DNA of 64,000 bases from an uncultured Gammaproteobacteria bacterium (GTDB lineage Bacteria; Patescibacteriota; Patescibacteriia; UBA11705; DATKZF01). The notes beneath the pieces are model-generated. The model was not told where the DNA came from and searched no databases. It saw nothing but the letters and a program-made list of their open reading frames with translations. The translations under genes and the position numbers were made by a program. The DNA is taken from positions 98,141-162,140 of the forward strand of contig CAYPKD010000002.1 in NCBI GenBank assembly GCA_964411255.1, in the 5' to 3' direction. Positions 54,835 to 64,000 of this stretch are shown here, piece after piece. Position 1 is the first letter of the stretch; every line of letters starts with the position of its first letter.

Positions 54835-55608
54835 ATGGCCGCAATTATTCCACTTATCGTTATTGTACTGTTCATTATTTTGATCAGTCTGCGCCAGATC
54901 AACCAATATGAGAGAGGCGTAAAATTTACCATGGGTAAATACAGTGGCACTGTAAACCCTGGCTGGAGAATTGTACTTCCCATTTTCCAAAGCATGAAAA
55001 AAGTTGACCTGCGTGTCAAAGCAGTTGACGTGCCTGAGCAAAAGGCAATTACCAAGGATAATGTATCTGTTGGTGTAAATGCAGTTATTTACTGGAAAGT
55101 CGCTTCAGCTGAAAAAGCAGTGTTAGAAGTTGAAAGTTATTTCTGGGCAGTCTCACAGCTGGCTCAGACAACAATGAGAAATATTGTTGGTGAAGTTACT
55201 TTAGATGAACTTTTAAGTGAAAGAGATGCTATTTCTCAAAGGATTAAAGAAATTGTTGATAAAGCAACTGATGAATGGGGGATAAAAGTTAATAATGTTG
55301 AATTAAAAGATATTTTGCTGCCTGGTGATATGGAAAGAACCATTGCTAAACAGGCTGAGGCTGAGAGAGAAAGACGAGCTGTCATCATTAAAGCTAAAGG
55401 TGAGGTTGTGGCAGCTGAAAATTTGTCCAAAGCAGCATCTACTTTATCATCAGTTACTGGTGCATTGCATTTGAGAACTTTGCAATCAATTAATGATTTG
55501 AGCTCTGACCAGTCAAATACAGTAATTTTTGCTATGCCGCTTGAAATTTTACGGGCTTTTGAAAGCTGGAATCAAAAAGTTGAGTCAGATATTAAGCCAA
55601 GACAATAA
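54835..55608 (+). CDS. SPFH/band-7 (stomatin/prohibitin-like) membrane protein
   Basis: N-terminal TM helix then typical SPFH core (YERGVKFTMGKY...VNAVIYWKV...); start at the internal Met MAAIIPL. Confidence 0.8.
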   Translation: MAAIIPLIVIVLFIILISLRQINQYERGVKFTMGKYSGTVNPGWRIVLPIFQSMKKVDLRVKAVDVPEQKAITKDNVSVGVNAVIYWKVASAEKAVLEVESYFWAVSQLAQTTMRNIVGEVTLDELLSERDAISQRIKEIVDKATDEWGIKVNNVELKDILLPGDMERTIAKQAEAERERRAVIIKAKGEVVAAENLSKAASTLSSVTGALHLRTLQSINDLSSDQSNTVIFAMPLEILRAFESWNQKVESDIKPRQ

Positions 55609-55684
55609 TAAATTAATTGAACTAAAAAAGAGGAGCCAGCTAGGCTCTCTTTTTTGTTGTTTGTTATTTGAAATATTTAGTATT

Positions 55685-56353
55685 TTACAGCTCTATTCCT
55701 ACCATATCGAGAGTAGTGAACTTTACAATGCCTTCTTGTTTTATTGTCTTAATCGTATCTGCAAATCTATTATTTTTTAGAATAAAGGTATAAAGATCTA
55801 AATCTGCTATTTTTTGATAAACAATTAAATCGTATTTTTCAGCTAATTGATTAATATCTTCTGCAGATGTGTTTTTATGAAAAGTAACTATTATTGTATT
55901 TTTCATGAAATTACTGACTGGTACATCTTCAGTTTCTAATATTTTCTCCTTTTCTTTTTTTGAGGAAACAACTTGCCTTTTTATTATTTCATCCGGAATA
56001 ATAAAATTATCAGGGAACATACTTGGTGTAAGTCGCCCTTTACCTAAGGGATTTGTCCCATCAATGATTTCCTTTTTGTCTGTTATTCCATCATTATCAG
56101 TATCTTCTTTTTGAGAGTCTGTACCAAATTTATTTTCAATTTCATCTTTAATCCCATCACCATCTGAGTCCTTGCTTAAAATAATTTTACTGGGCAGTTC
56201 TTCAAGAGTTTTTTGGGTTTCTTCTGAAATACGAATAGACTTTTTTTCAGGTTTTATTTCAACTTTTTTGAAGTAAAGTATAATGACTATAGCTCCAACG
56301 ATTAAGACAATTAATATAATTGTAAAAATTACTATATTCTTTTTGTTTTTCAT
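55685..56353 (-). CDS. membrane-anchored protein with Asp-rich calcium-binding (thrombospondin type-3-like) repeats
   Basis: N-terminal TM; DSDGDGIKDEIE and DTDNDGITDKKE repeats. Confidence 0.55.
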   Translation of the reverse strand: MKNKKNIVIFTIILIVLIVGAIVIILYFKKVEIKPEKKSIRISEETQKTLEELPSKIILSKDSDGDGIKDEIENKFGTDSQKEDTDNDGITDKKEIIDGTNPLGKGRLTPSMFPDNFIIPDEIIKRQVVSSKKEKEKILETEDVPVSNFMKNTIIVTFHKNTSAEDINQLAEKYDLIVYQKIADLDLYTFILKNNRFADTIKTIKQEGIVKFTTLDMVGIEL

Positions 56354-56372
56354 ATTATTAACTTATTTATAT

Positions 56373-59300
56373 TTATTCTTTTTCCCAAATAATGACCACA
56401 GCATGGTTGCCATCAGCATCCCAGTTTGCATAACCATTAAAGCTTGTTTCTGGTTCATATGTTAATTTTATCCTTGGGTTTAATGAAAAATGGTTTTGAT
56501 AATATTCAGCAACTTTATCTCTATTTGAGCTTGAGTTAGTGGATTTATCCAGCGGTACTGTGACAATATCTATTTTTCTTTTTTTCGCTGTTTCTATTGC
56601 ATAATCAAGTATTTCCTTAATCAAGGCATCCTGGCCAGCTTTGGTCAATAAATTTTCGCGTGGATTGTTTGCTCTGATATTTAGCACCTTTTTTCCATCT
56701 GGAGTGGTGGTTTCAATAAATAATACTGAACCCTCAATGTTTTGCTGTGGTTTATTGCGGTTGGTTACAAATACGATGGCAGTAATTCCTTCATATTCAC
56801 CATTGGCCAGTTCAAAATGTTGTGAGGTATAGCAGGCATCGCCAATGTCTCCGGCAAATATGCGGAGCAATCCTTTCTGAGGAACAAAATTGACTTCTGT
56901 TTTTACTATAGATTTTCTTTCGCCAATCTGAATGTTCTCTAATTTTTTTTGAGCGCTTAAAAGGATATGTTTTTCCGAGTCCTGGCTGGTTTGCCATAAA
57001 GATCCAAGCGCTTTAACCAAATTTTTTGAAAAAGGCTGATGATAAGTATGCTCTGGAATTTGATCTGAATGAAGATAATGTTCTCTTATATTAAAAACCA
57101 TTAAGTCACCAACTCGATCAATGTCTTGTTTTGTTAGCGTATCTTCAGCCTGACTGATTTTTTCTAGGATTTCCTTCCAGCCTTGTGCTGATATTTGATT
57201 GAGATGAAACGCTGATAAAGTATGCAGGACTGGCCAGGCTTCTTTTATTTGTGATAATTTATTCATTAATTCAATTAATTCATTCTCATCTGCTCCAGGG
57301 GAGAGAATAGAGTTTTCAAGTGTTTGTTTTGCTTCAGTCAGTCTTTGAATATTTTTTTCAATTCCTGGCCTGGCTTTTTCTGGCAAAGTTTCCAATCGGT
57401 CTTTGTTAGCCTTAATTTTTATATCAATTGAATCAATCAGCTTTTGTTTTTCTTCTTTCCAAAAACTGCCAATATCATCTATCTCAACACCTTGCTTAAT
57501 TGCATTTTTAAAATAATTAAAAGCTTCAATTAATTTTTCTCTATCTAGAATTTTTCTTTCCTGTTGCTTTAATTCTTGTTCACTAAAAGCTGGTCTTAAT
57601 ATATCAGCCTCTATTTTTACTGCTTTTTCCGTATATCCATTCGGCAGTTTAGTAGCTTGAGGATTTTTTTCTATTGTATTTTGCCAAGTGTAGAATAGAT
57701 CTTCATAATTATCAGACCGGCCCCAACGTGTGGTACCCAGCATGCCTTTGAAAATATCTATGCCTAAAGCTGAGTCAATTTTCTTTGGCATTTTATCTTT
57801 TAGAAGTTGGGTCATTAATTTTGTCCTAAACAATTTGATTTCATTTAAAATGGCAGCATTATTTGGCAGTTTTTCAATTTTTTTTGGACCAATAATTTCA
57901 ATTAAATAATTTTTTACATTTGGAGGTACATCTTCCAGTTTTTTTGTTTTTTTCAAAGCAACATAGGTAGACAGCAGTTCTGGAGTGTTAAATGGCCCAA
58001 AATCCTTAACAAAAGAAAGAAATAGCTGGCCGTCTTTTTTATTTTTCAAAGACAGATCTATATCTTCTCGTTTCTCAGCTTCATTGATAAGCGGAGTGAG
58101 CGCAACTACCCATGGGCAATATGCTTTTTTGTCTGCAAATGCCTGGACTTTTTTTAATTTTTGCAAGGAATCATACCATGGAATGTGTTTTTTATCTGAT
58201 TTGTCTATAAGAGCTAAATCTTTAAGCGAATCAAGGCCTTGATGATAATAATATTCAGGCGCAAACTGCTGGAATTCTTCTTCAGTATATAAACTACTAT
58301 TGGTTAATAAAAAGCCAAATTGGCCTTTTTCTAAAGCTAGTTTAGCAACTTCTACTTTTGACATGTTTAATTTATCTGGATTTTCAAAGAGTACACGTAA
58401 GTTCGTTTTTGAAATAAGTTGTTCAGCTAATAATTTTTTTCTTTTTGGCGTGATTTCAAAATGTTTAATAAAATCAGTGAACAATGCATATGAAGTTTGT
58501 ACTGCTGCATGATTAAATAATTCATCTTTTTGCTCATCAGTTAATGGTAGCTTTTCTTGGTCCATGGACCAGAGCATCCATCTGGGGTTGACTGGAATGA
58601 CCATATCAATGAAATCTTTTTCACTAAGTTCAAGATTATCTAAATGTTTGTATATTAATTCATAATTTTGAGAATATTTTAACAATGCCTGGGTAAGTGC
58701 TGTTTTATGCTCTTTGGTTAAAGGAAGTTTACCCATGACTTTTAGTAATTCATTTGGTGCTTTTTCTATACCCATTTCAATTAAATATTTTTTTTGGAGG
58801 TCAGAAAGTTCCAGATCATCAAGTCGTTTTAAAGCTTTTGCTGTTAATTTAGATGATATTTGAAAGATAAAGTTGTTATATTGACTTTTTGATAATTCAA
58901 TATCATTATTTAAATAATCTATAAAAACTGGTTCTGGAGATTGTTGAATTGTCAAATCAATTAGCTCTTGTTTATTTTCATCCGATAGGTTTTCTAAAAA
59001 AAGAGTATGAATATAAAGGCCTTGGATGACATTTGGTTTAGCAGCTGCTGCTTTAATCATTTTTTCCATATCATCATCTGTGAGATTAATTTTGTCTTGA
59101 GCTCTCGCTAGCCATACAGGATCTGATTCGATTACTAATTTTTTAAATTCGTCTTTTGGATAGCCTATTTTATCTAAATATTGAAGGATAAGGCCATATT
59201 TTTTTTTGTCCAATAATTTTTCTACTAAAAGCTCTTGTTGATCATCTGTTAAAGTAAAATTGTCTATAATGGTGACAAAACGATCAGGGCAATGTCTTAT

Positions 59301-61532
59301 TGATGCTTTTATGAATTTTGCTTTGAAATCATTAAAATCAGGATCATCTTTAATATGTTCATTAAAATTATTAATCATCCATTTGGTTGCCATGTAAGAA
59401 TGGGCTGCTTTCATTATAAATTGTCCTTTGCTGCGGTTTACTTTATCCAGATTTTCAAATAAAAGACCTGGATTTTTATCAATAAGTTCATTAACTAAAT
59501 AACTTTCTTGTTTATTCTCTAATTTTACTTTGTCAATATTCTTTATTAAATTTTCAGGATGAAAAACAGTTAATTCATGAATAAGCATGGGCATCTGCTC
59601 CTCAGTTATTCCAAATTGGGATAAGTTGTCAATTATTATTACAGGATTTTTAGCCAGCACACATAAGGTGAATTCTTTTTTTGTTATGCCGAATTTGGGA
59701 TAAAGATCAAACATTTCATCAATATTTTTTTCAATTAGATATTTCATGATCTGCTTTTTTTCCTGATCATTTAATTCATATTGGCCAATGTTTTCAAAAA
59801 GTTCAATATACTTTTCAATTAATTCCAAAGATACTTCATATGAATAATCTCCAAGCAGAATTTGGCTTGTTAATTTATGCTTTTCATCCTGAGTGAATTG
59901 GTGCTTGCCTTTTATTTTTTCTATTTCATCTTTCTTGTCGAGTTCATCTTCAAGTTCTTTTTCATCTAGTTTACCTTCAATAATAGGCATGTTTCTCAAT
60001 AACCAAATAGCATTTTCTTTTATTATGCTATTTATTATAGTTTCATCAGTTAATTTCATTTTTTTAGCATATTCAAATAATATGGCTGGATTGCGTCCGG
60101 CAGTTAGTTGTATTAATAAATTTAGTTGAGGCTGAGTGAATTCAAATTTGTCATAATTCTTTATTAAATATTCACTGGCATATTGTGTTTTTAAAGCAAT
60201 ATCAACTACTTTTGTTTTTTGCTCAGCAGTAAGTTTGAGTTCATTTATATTTTCAATCACCCATCTTGGTGATCGTTGGATTATCATATCAATTGCTTCA
60301 TCTTTTGTTATCCCTAATTTATCTAGATTTTCAAGAAGCTTATCTTGGCGATACATTGATAATCTGTTTGCTATTTTATCTAGATCTGGTTTCTCAAGTT
60401 TAAATTCATCAAGTTTTGTAACAATAACTTCAGGGAATCTGTTGATCATATAAGCTATTATTTCCCGCTTTTGATCATCAGTTAATTCAAATTTATTCAT
60501 ATTTTCAAACAGCCATTTGCTTCTGTCTAAAATTTTCTTATTTATTAGCCGCTCTTTTGTCATATCAAATTTATCCAGGTGTTTGAGTAGAAGATCAGGC
60601 TTTCTGTCATATAAATAAATTCGGACTTCATTAATTGCTGCCTGAGAAGGGGATATTTTGTTCCAGTTTTCTAAAATCATTTCAACATTGCCATGCTTTA
60701 AATCTTGAACAATTCTATCATGAATTCCCTGTGGTAAATTCAATTTATCAATATTGTCAAACAATGGCTGAGCTTTGTTTTCAAAACCCCAGCCGAGCAT
60801 ACCATCTACCAGCTCTTCAATTTGTTTTTGTGAAAATTTGAATTTTTCAATGTTATCAAAAATTGGCTTTGGATCACGGAGAAAGGTTTTGCTTACCAAT
60901 TCAAATAATTTTTCTTTTGGCAGATTAATTGAATCCATATTTTCGGCGATTTCAATCATATTTTTTTCAAAAAGCCTGGTAATAATCATTTCTGTTTGAT
61001 CTGGAGTGAACTGGGAAAAATCTATTTTGCTGATTATGCCTTTGAAATTTTCAGGCGAATATGACATTGATCTGATAAAATTGTGATATTGCGATTTTTT
61101 CGCTTCTTGTTCTGGCTTTTTTTCCATTTTAGCAACTTCAGGCAGGTATTTGTCTAAATTCTTTCTAAAAATTTTGATTGCTTTTTCTGGATTTGAATCA
61201 AATAATGAATAACAGCCATTGCTAATAAGATAAAATTTGAATATCGGGTGATTAACTTTTTTTTCAAATTCAGTAATAGCCAGTTCTGGATATTTTTCAA
61301 GTATATCATCAAGTGGCCTGAATATCTTTTCAAATTTATCCTCATCAGCTTCAGACATTTCTAATTGATCAGGATGAATATAGTAATTTTTACCACTAAA
61401 AAACTTATCAACCAATTGGTTAATGTTTTTTATTACCTTTGTCAATTCCTTAACATCAACTTCTTTTTCTTTTGGCTCTTTCAGTTCTTTTGGTTCAGAA
61501 GGAATGTCAATTTTTTGTACAGGCTCAGCCAT
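56373..61532 (-). CDS. giant (1719 aa) alpha-helical repeat protein, function unknown
   Basis: single uninterrupted ORF; dozens of ~35-40-aa Leu/Lys/Glu-rich helical units (L.N.DK..L...Q...L...); no TM or catalytic motif; distinct C-terminal ~200 aa. Confidence 0.75.
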   Translation of the reverse strand: MAEPVQKIDIPSEPKELKEPKEKEVDVKELTKVIKNINQLVDKFFSGKNYYIHPDQLEMSEADEDKFEKIFRPLDDILEKYPELAITEFEKKVNHPIFKFYLISNGCYSLFDSNPEKAIKIFRKNLDKYLPEVAKMEKKPEQEAKKSQYHNFIRSMSYSPENFKGIISKIDFSQFTPDQTEMIITRLFEKNMIEIAENMDSINLPKEKLFELVSKTFLRDPKPIFDNIEKFKFSQKQIEELVDGMLGWGFENKAQPLFDNIDKLNLPQGIHDRIVQDLKHGNVEMILENWNKISPSQAAINEVRIYLYDRKPDLLLKHLDKFDMTKERLINKKILDRSKWLFENMNKFELTDDQKREIIAYMINRFPEVIVTKLDEFKLEKPDLDKIANRLSMYRQDKLLENLDKLGITKDEAIDMIIQRSPRWVIENINELKLTAEQKTKVVDIALKTQYASEYLIKNYDKFEFTQPQLNLLIQLTAGRNPAILFEYAKKMKLTDETIINSIIKENAIWLLRNMPIIEGKLDEKELEDELDKKDEIEKIKGKHQFTQDEKHKLTSQILLGDYSYEVSLELIEKYIELFENIGQYELNDQEKKQIMKYLIEKNIDEMFDLYPKFGITKKEFTLCVLAKNPVIIIDNLSQFGITEEQMPMLIHELTVFHPENLIKNIDKVKLENKQESYLVNELIDKNPGLLFENLDKVNRSKGQFIMKAAHSYMATKWMINNFNEHIKDDPDFNDFKAKFIKASIRHCPDRFVTIIDNFTLTDDQQELLVEKLLDKKKYGLILQYLDKIGYPKDEFKKLVIESDPVWLARAQDKINLTDDDMEKMIKAAAAKPNVIQGLYIHTLFLENLSDENKQELIDLTIQQSPEPVFIDYLNNDIELSKSQYNNFIFQISSKLTAKALKRLDDLELSDLQKKYLIEMGIEKAPNELLKVMGKLPLTKEHKTALTQALLKYSQNYELIYKHLDNLELSEKDFIDMVIPVNPRWMLWSMDQEKLPLTDEQKDELFNHAAVQTSYALFTDFIKHFEITPKRKKLLAEQLISKTNLRVLFENPDKLNMSKVEVAKLALEKGQFGFLLTNSSLYTEEEFQQFAPEYYYHQGLDSLKDLALIDKSDKKHIPWYDSLQKLKKVQAFADKKAYCPWVVALTPLINEAEKREDIDLSLKNKKDGQLFLSFVKDFGPFNTPELLSTYVALKKTKKLEDVPPNVKNYLIEIIGPKKIEKLPNNAAILNEIKLFRTKLMTQLLKDKMPKKIDSALGIDIFKGMLGTTRWGRSDNYEDLFYTWQNTIEKNPQATKLPNGYTEKAVKIEADILRPAFSEQELKQQERKILDREKLIEAFNYFKNAIKQGVEIDDIGSFWKEEKQKLIDSIDIKIKANKDRLETLPEKARPGIEKNIQRLTEAKQTLENSILSPGADENELIELMNKLSQIKEAWPVLHTLSAFHLNQISAQGWKEILEKISQAEDTLTKQDIDRVGDLMVFNIREHYLHSDQIPEHTYHQPFSKNLVKALGSLWQTSQDSEKHILLSAQKKLENIQIGERKSIVKTEVNFVPQKGLLRIFAGDIGDACYTSQHFELANGEYEGITAIVFVTNRNKPQQNIEGSVLFIETTTPDGKKVLNIRANNPRENLLTKAGQDALIKEILDYAIETAKKRKIDIVTVPLDKSTNSSSNRDKVAEYYQNHFSLNPRIKLTYEPETSFNGYANWDADGNHAVVIIWEKE

Positions 61533-61761
61533 ATTATTTCAACGAGACAAGCCCCATAGGGGCGCCTTTGGGGTACGACCAGTAGTTTAATTTGTTGCAC
61601 TTGTTTTACTTGTCTTGCTCGTCTTGCTGGTGATTACTTAAATTATACTAAATTTTACTCAGTTTTACTATTTAAATTGTTATTAAGTGCAGCTATTATG
61701 TTTTTCTGTTCTTTTGTTTTTCAGTTCTTTAGTTCTTCCCCCTGTTCTTTAGCTGAAAAAT

Positions 61762-63564
61762 ATGCTATTTTATATTATAGAAAAGCTTTTAGCAATGAGA
61801 AAATTAAGAAAACCAAAAAAATTTGAAAAAGAGAAAAAAGCGAGAATTATGGATCGCCGAATTTTTGTTTTACGCGGTTTTTTTATAATTTTTGCATTAA
61901 TAATTGCAGCAAAATTATTTACTGTCCAGGTTTTAGATCATCAGTATTATTACGCCTTGGCTTCTGACCAATATGAGATCTTCAAACAGCTTTATCCAGT
62001 GCGAGGAGATATTTTTGTCAGGGATGAAAAAGTGGGCGTAATTAATGAAGACTCTCTTTATCCGCTGGCTACCAACAAGGAATTGTCTTTAGTTTTTGCC
62101 AAGCCTTATGAAATACAGGATTCAGAAGAAGTAATGGAGGCATTAAAAGAGGTTTTTCATATAGATAATGAAGAAGAGGAAAAGGAAATTTTAGAAAAGC
62201 TGAACAAAGAAAATGATCCTTATGAACCGATCTGGCACCGGGTGGATGACAATACGGTTCAAAGGTTGAAAGATTTAAATCTTCAGGGTATATATTTTGC
62301 GCCTGAAAAGACGCGTTATTATCCAGAAGGCAATATTGGCAGTCATATTTTAGGATTTGTTAATTATTCAGAATCAAAAGGCAATTATGGCACTGAAGGT
62401 TGTTATGATGAAGTATTGGCTGGCAAGGCTGGATTTTTGCAATCAGAACTTGATAGCTTAGGCAGATGGATTTCAGTTTCTAATAAACGATTTGAAAAAG
62501 CAGAAGACGGAGCTGATATTATTTTAACAATAGATAAGTCAATTCAGTTTTTTGCCTGTGATCAGCTGAATAAAGCGGTTGAATCATATAATGCGCAGAG
62601 CGGCAGCTTAATAATAATGGAACCAAATACTGGAAAGATTATTGCCATGTGTGGTTCGCCTGATTATGATCCGAATAATTATAATAAAGTATCAGATATT
62701 GACGTTTTTAATGTTCAGGCAGTATCTGATGTTTACGAACCAGGTTCAATTTTTAAAACCATAACCATGGCCGCAGCAATTGACGCTGGTAAAGTTGATC
62801 CTTATACAACTTATAATGACACTGGATCGGTTACTATTGCAGATCATACGATTAGAAATTCTGATGGAGAAGGTCATGGAATAAAAAATATGACCAATGT
62901 TTTGGAAGAATCCTTAAATACAGGGTCTATTTTTGCAGCCAGGCAGCTGGGAGTTGGGGTATTTAAAAATTATGTTGAGAATTTTGGATTTGGGCAAAAA
63001 ACTGACATTGGTTTAACGCCAGAGTTTGCCGGAGATATTAGTTCATTAGAAAAACCAGGAGAAATTTATATGGCCACCGGATCTTTTGGCCAAGGTATTA
63101 CAACCACCGCAATTCAAATGGCAAATGCATATGCGGCAATTGTTAATGGAGGTAATTTGGTTAAACCATATATTATTGATGAAATTAGACATAATGATGG
63201 TACTGTTGAAAAAACAGAACCTCAGGTTTTGCGGCAGGTTATTTCAGAGCGAACTTCAGCCCTGGTCAAAGGCATGTTGATTTCTGTGGTAAAAAACGGC
63301 CATGCTGAACCTGCAGGCGTGCCAGGATATTTAGTTGGCGGCAAAACCGGAACTGCGCAGGTTCCAGATAAAGTGCACGGGGGATATAGCGCAGAAACCA
63401 TTCATTCATTTGTCGGGTTTGCGCCGCTGGAAGATCCCAAGTTTGTAATGATTGTAAAAATTGACAAGCCGCACCGGGCCTATGCAGTCTTGACTGCAGC
63501 CCCAACATTTGGTAAAATTTCTAAGTTCGTATTGGAATATTATGGAATTCCACCCACTGAATAA
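61762..63564 (+). CDS. ftsI: class B penicillin-binding protein (FtsI/PBP2-like transpeptidase)
   Basis: N-terminal TM anchor, GSIFKT (SxxK), SDG (SxN-like) and KTGTAQV (KTG) motifs; true start may be an internal Met. Confidence 0.8.
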   Translation: MLFYIIEKLLAMRKLRKPKKFEKEKKARIMDRRIFVLRGFFIIFALIIAAKLFTVQVLDHQYYYALASDQYEIFKQLYPVRGDIFVRDEKVGVINEDSLYPLATNKELSLVFAKPYEIQDSEEVMEALKEVFHIDNEEEEKEILEKLNKENDPYEPIWHRVDDNTVQRLKDLNLQGIYFAPEKTRYYPEGNIGSHILGFVNYSESKGNYGTEGCYDEVLAGKAGFLQSELDSLGRWISVSNKRFEKAEDGADIILTIDKSIQFFACDQLNKAVESYNAQSGSLIIMEPNTGKIIAMCGSPDYDPNNYNKVSDIDVFNVQAVSDVYEPGSIFKTITMAAAIDAGKVDPYTTYNDTGSVTIADHTIRNSDGEGHGIKNMTNVLEESLNTGSIFAARQLGVGVFKNYVENFGFGQKTDIGLTPEFAGDISSLEKPGEIYMATGSFGQGITTTAIQMANAYAAIVNGGNLVKPYIIDEIRHNDGTVEKTEPQVLRQVISERTSALVKGMLISVVKNGHAEPAGVPGYLVGGKTGTAQVPDKVHGGYSAETIHSFVGFAPLEDPKFVMIVKIDKPHRAYAVLTAAPTFGKISKFVLEYYGIPPTE

Positions 63565-63609
63565 ATTTCAAAGAACAAATTACAAATAACAAATAAAATC
63601 TAAATTTCA

Positions 63610-63999
63610 ATGAACGAAATTCCAAATAGTAAAAAAGTATATGATTTAGAGGATAGAACATATACATTCGCCAAAGACGCGGCTTTATTTTGTAAAAAAA
63701 TTCCTAGGACGGTGAGTAATATCGAATATGGAAAACAATTGATTAGAGCAACAGCATCTGTCGGTGCAAATTATATTGAAGCAAATGAATCTCTAAGTAA
63801 AAAGGATTTCTCATTTAGAATTAAAATTTGTATAAAAGAATCAAAAGAGTCTGGCTATTGGTTACGATTAATAATTGAAACAAATGATGAAAGTTTTAGA
63901 GAAGAAGGAATGAGTCTTTTTGATGAATCAGTAGAATTAAAAAAGATTTTTTGTTCAATATTAGTTGAAGCAGATCCAAGTAAAAAGTTGGATAAGTAA
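63610..63999 (+). CDS. four-helix-bundle protein (23S rRNA intervening-sequence protein / Avd-like family)
   Basis: IRATASVGANYIEANESLSKKDFSFRIKICIKESKESGYWLRLI classic family motif. Confidence 0.8.
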   Translation: MNEIPNSKKVYDLEDRTYTFAKDAALFCKKIPRTVSNIEYGKQLIRATASVGANYIEANESLSKKDFSFRIKICIKESKESGYWLRLIIETNDESFREEGMSLFDESVELKKIFCSILVEADPSKKLDK

Positions 64000-64000
64000 A

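Noticed and set aside
56641-60999. Multiple + strand ORFs (60-85 aa) antisense to the 1719-aa gene
   Set aside because: Ser/Phe/Leu-rich antisense translations of a Lys/Glu/Leu-rich gene; no RBS; spurious

Overview
The window is AT-rich (about 35% GC by eye). It carries bacterial core genes on a compact, largely +-strand backbone, a gene complement that looks like a small-genome bacterium (possibly CPR/Patescibacteria-like, not proven): ribosomal proteins with Lys-rich extensions and an rpoA with no alpha-CTD. Core blocks are infA-rpmJ-rpsM-rpsK-rpsD-rpoA(NTD only)-rplQ-rplM-rpsI (2.0-6.3 kb), a cell-envelope block (MOP flippase, PgeF/YfiH, GT4 glycosyltransferase, glmS; 6.5-11.6 kb), rplJ-rplL (11.8-12.9 kb), a partial dcw cluster mraZ-rsmH-ftsL (33.0-34.9 kb) whose ftsI sits ~27 kb away at 61.8 kb, and sodA, ogg, tgt, a CYTH protein and an SPFH protein (49-55.6 kb). 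Several accessory regions interrupt this backbone. (1) 13.1-22.3 kb holds four consecutive genes that share a ~55-aa repeat (W-Q-E-A...LGI...Y...LPS-P...Y-DFPGW-FLG). They are a 1475-aa protein with ~20 copies, a 704-aa paralogue with 7 copies and a shared novel C-terminal domain, a 67-aa single-repeat mini-protein, and an SF2 DExH helicase carrying two zinc-ribbon modules plus one repeat. The 17.7-22.3 kb part is visibly more GC-rich than its surroundings. (2) 36.3-42.4 kb is a tandem array of eight membrane-anchored paralogues (a ninth at 34983) with conserved N-terminal anchors and divergent ectodomains. Each of two sub-arrays is headed by an identical copy of a four-helix-bundle (Avd-like) gene inside a ~0.5 kb duplication; a third four-helix-bundle gene sits at 63.6 kb. 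(3) A ~165-bp GC-rich, highly structured element occurs twice (36.15 kb and 45.3 kb); the differences between copies fall in hairpin loops, and one copy is bracketed by intrinsic terminators. It is a candidate ncRNA or miniature repeat. (4) Four tandem small CxxC...CxGSG proteins lie divergent from sodA. (5) A 1719-aa alpha-helical repeat protein is on the minus strand. Further observations: a nested multi-hairpin element downstream of rpsI, GTAG/CTAC-type short tandem repeat spacers between co-transcribed genes, a CCCCGAAT motif upstream of TTGACA promoters, GTGGGG MraZ-box-like repeats at the mraZ promoter, and a recurring GC-rich CGGGGCAGC/TACCCCTC motif. I found no tRNA, rRNA, CRISPR array, transposase or reverse transcriptase.
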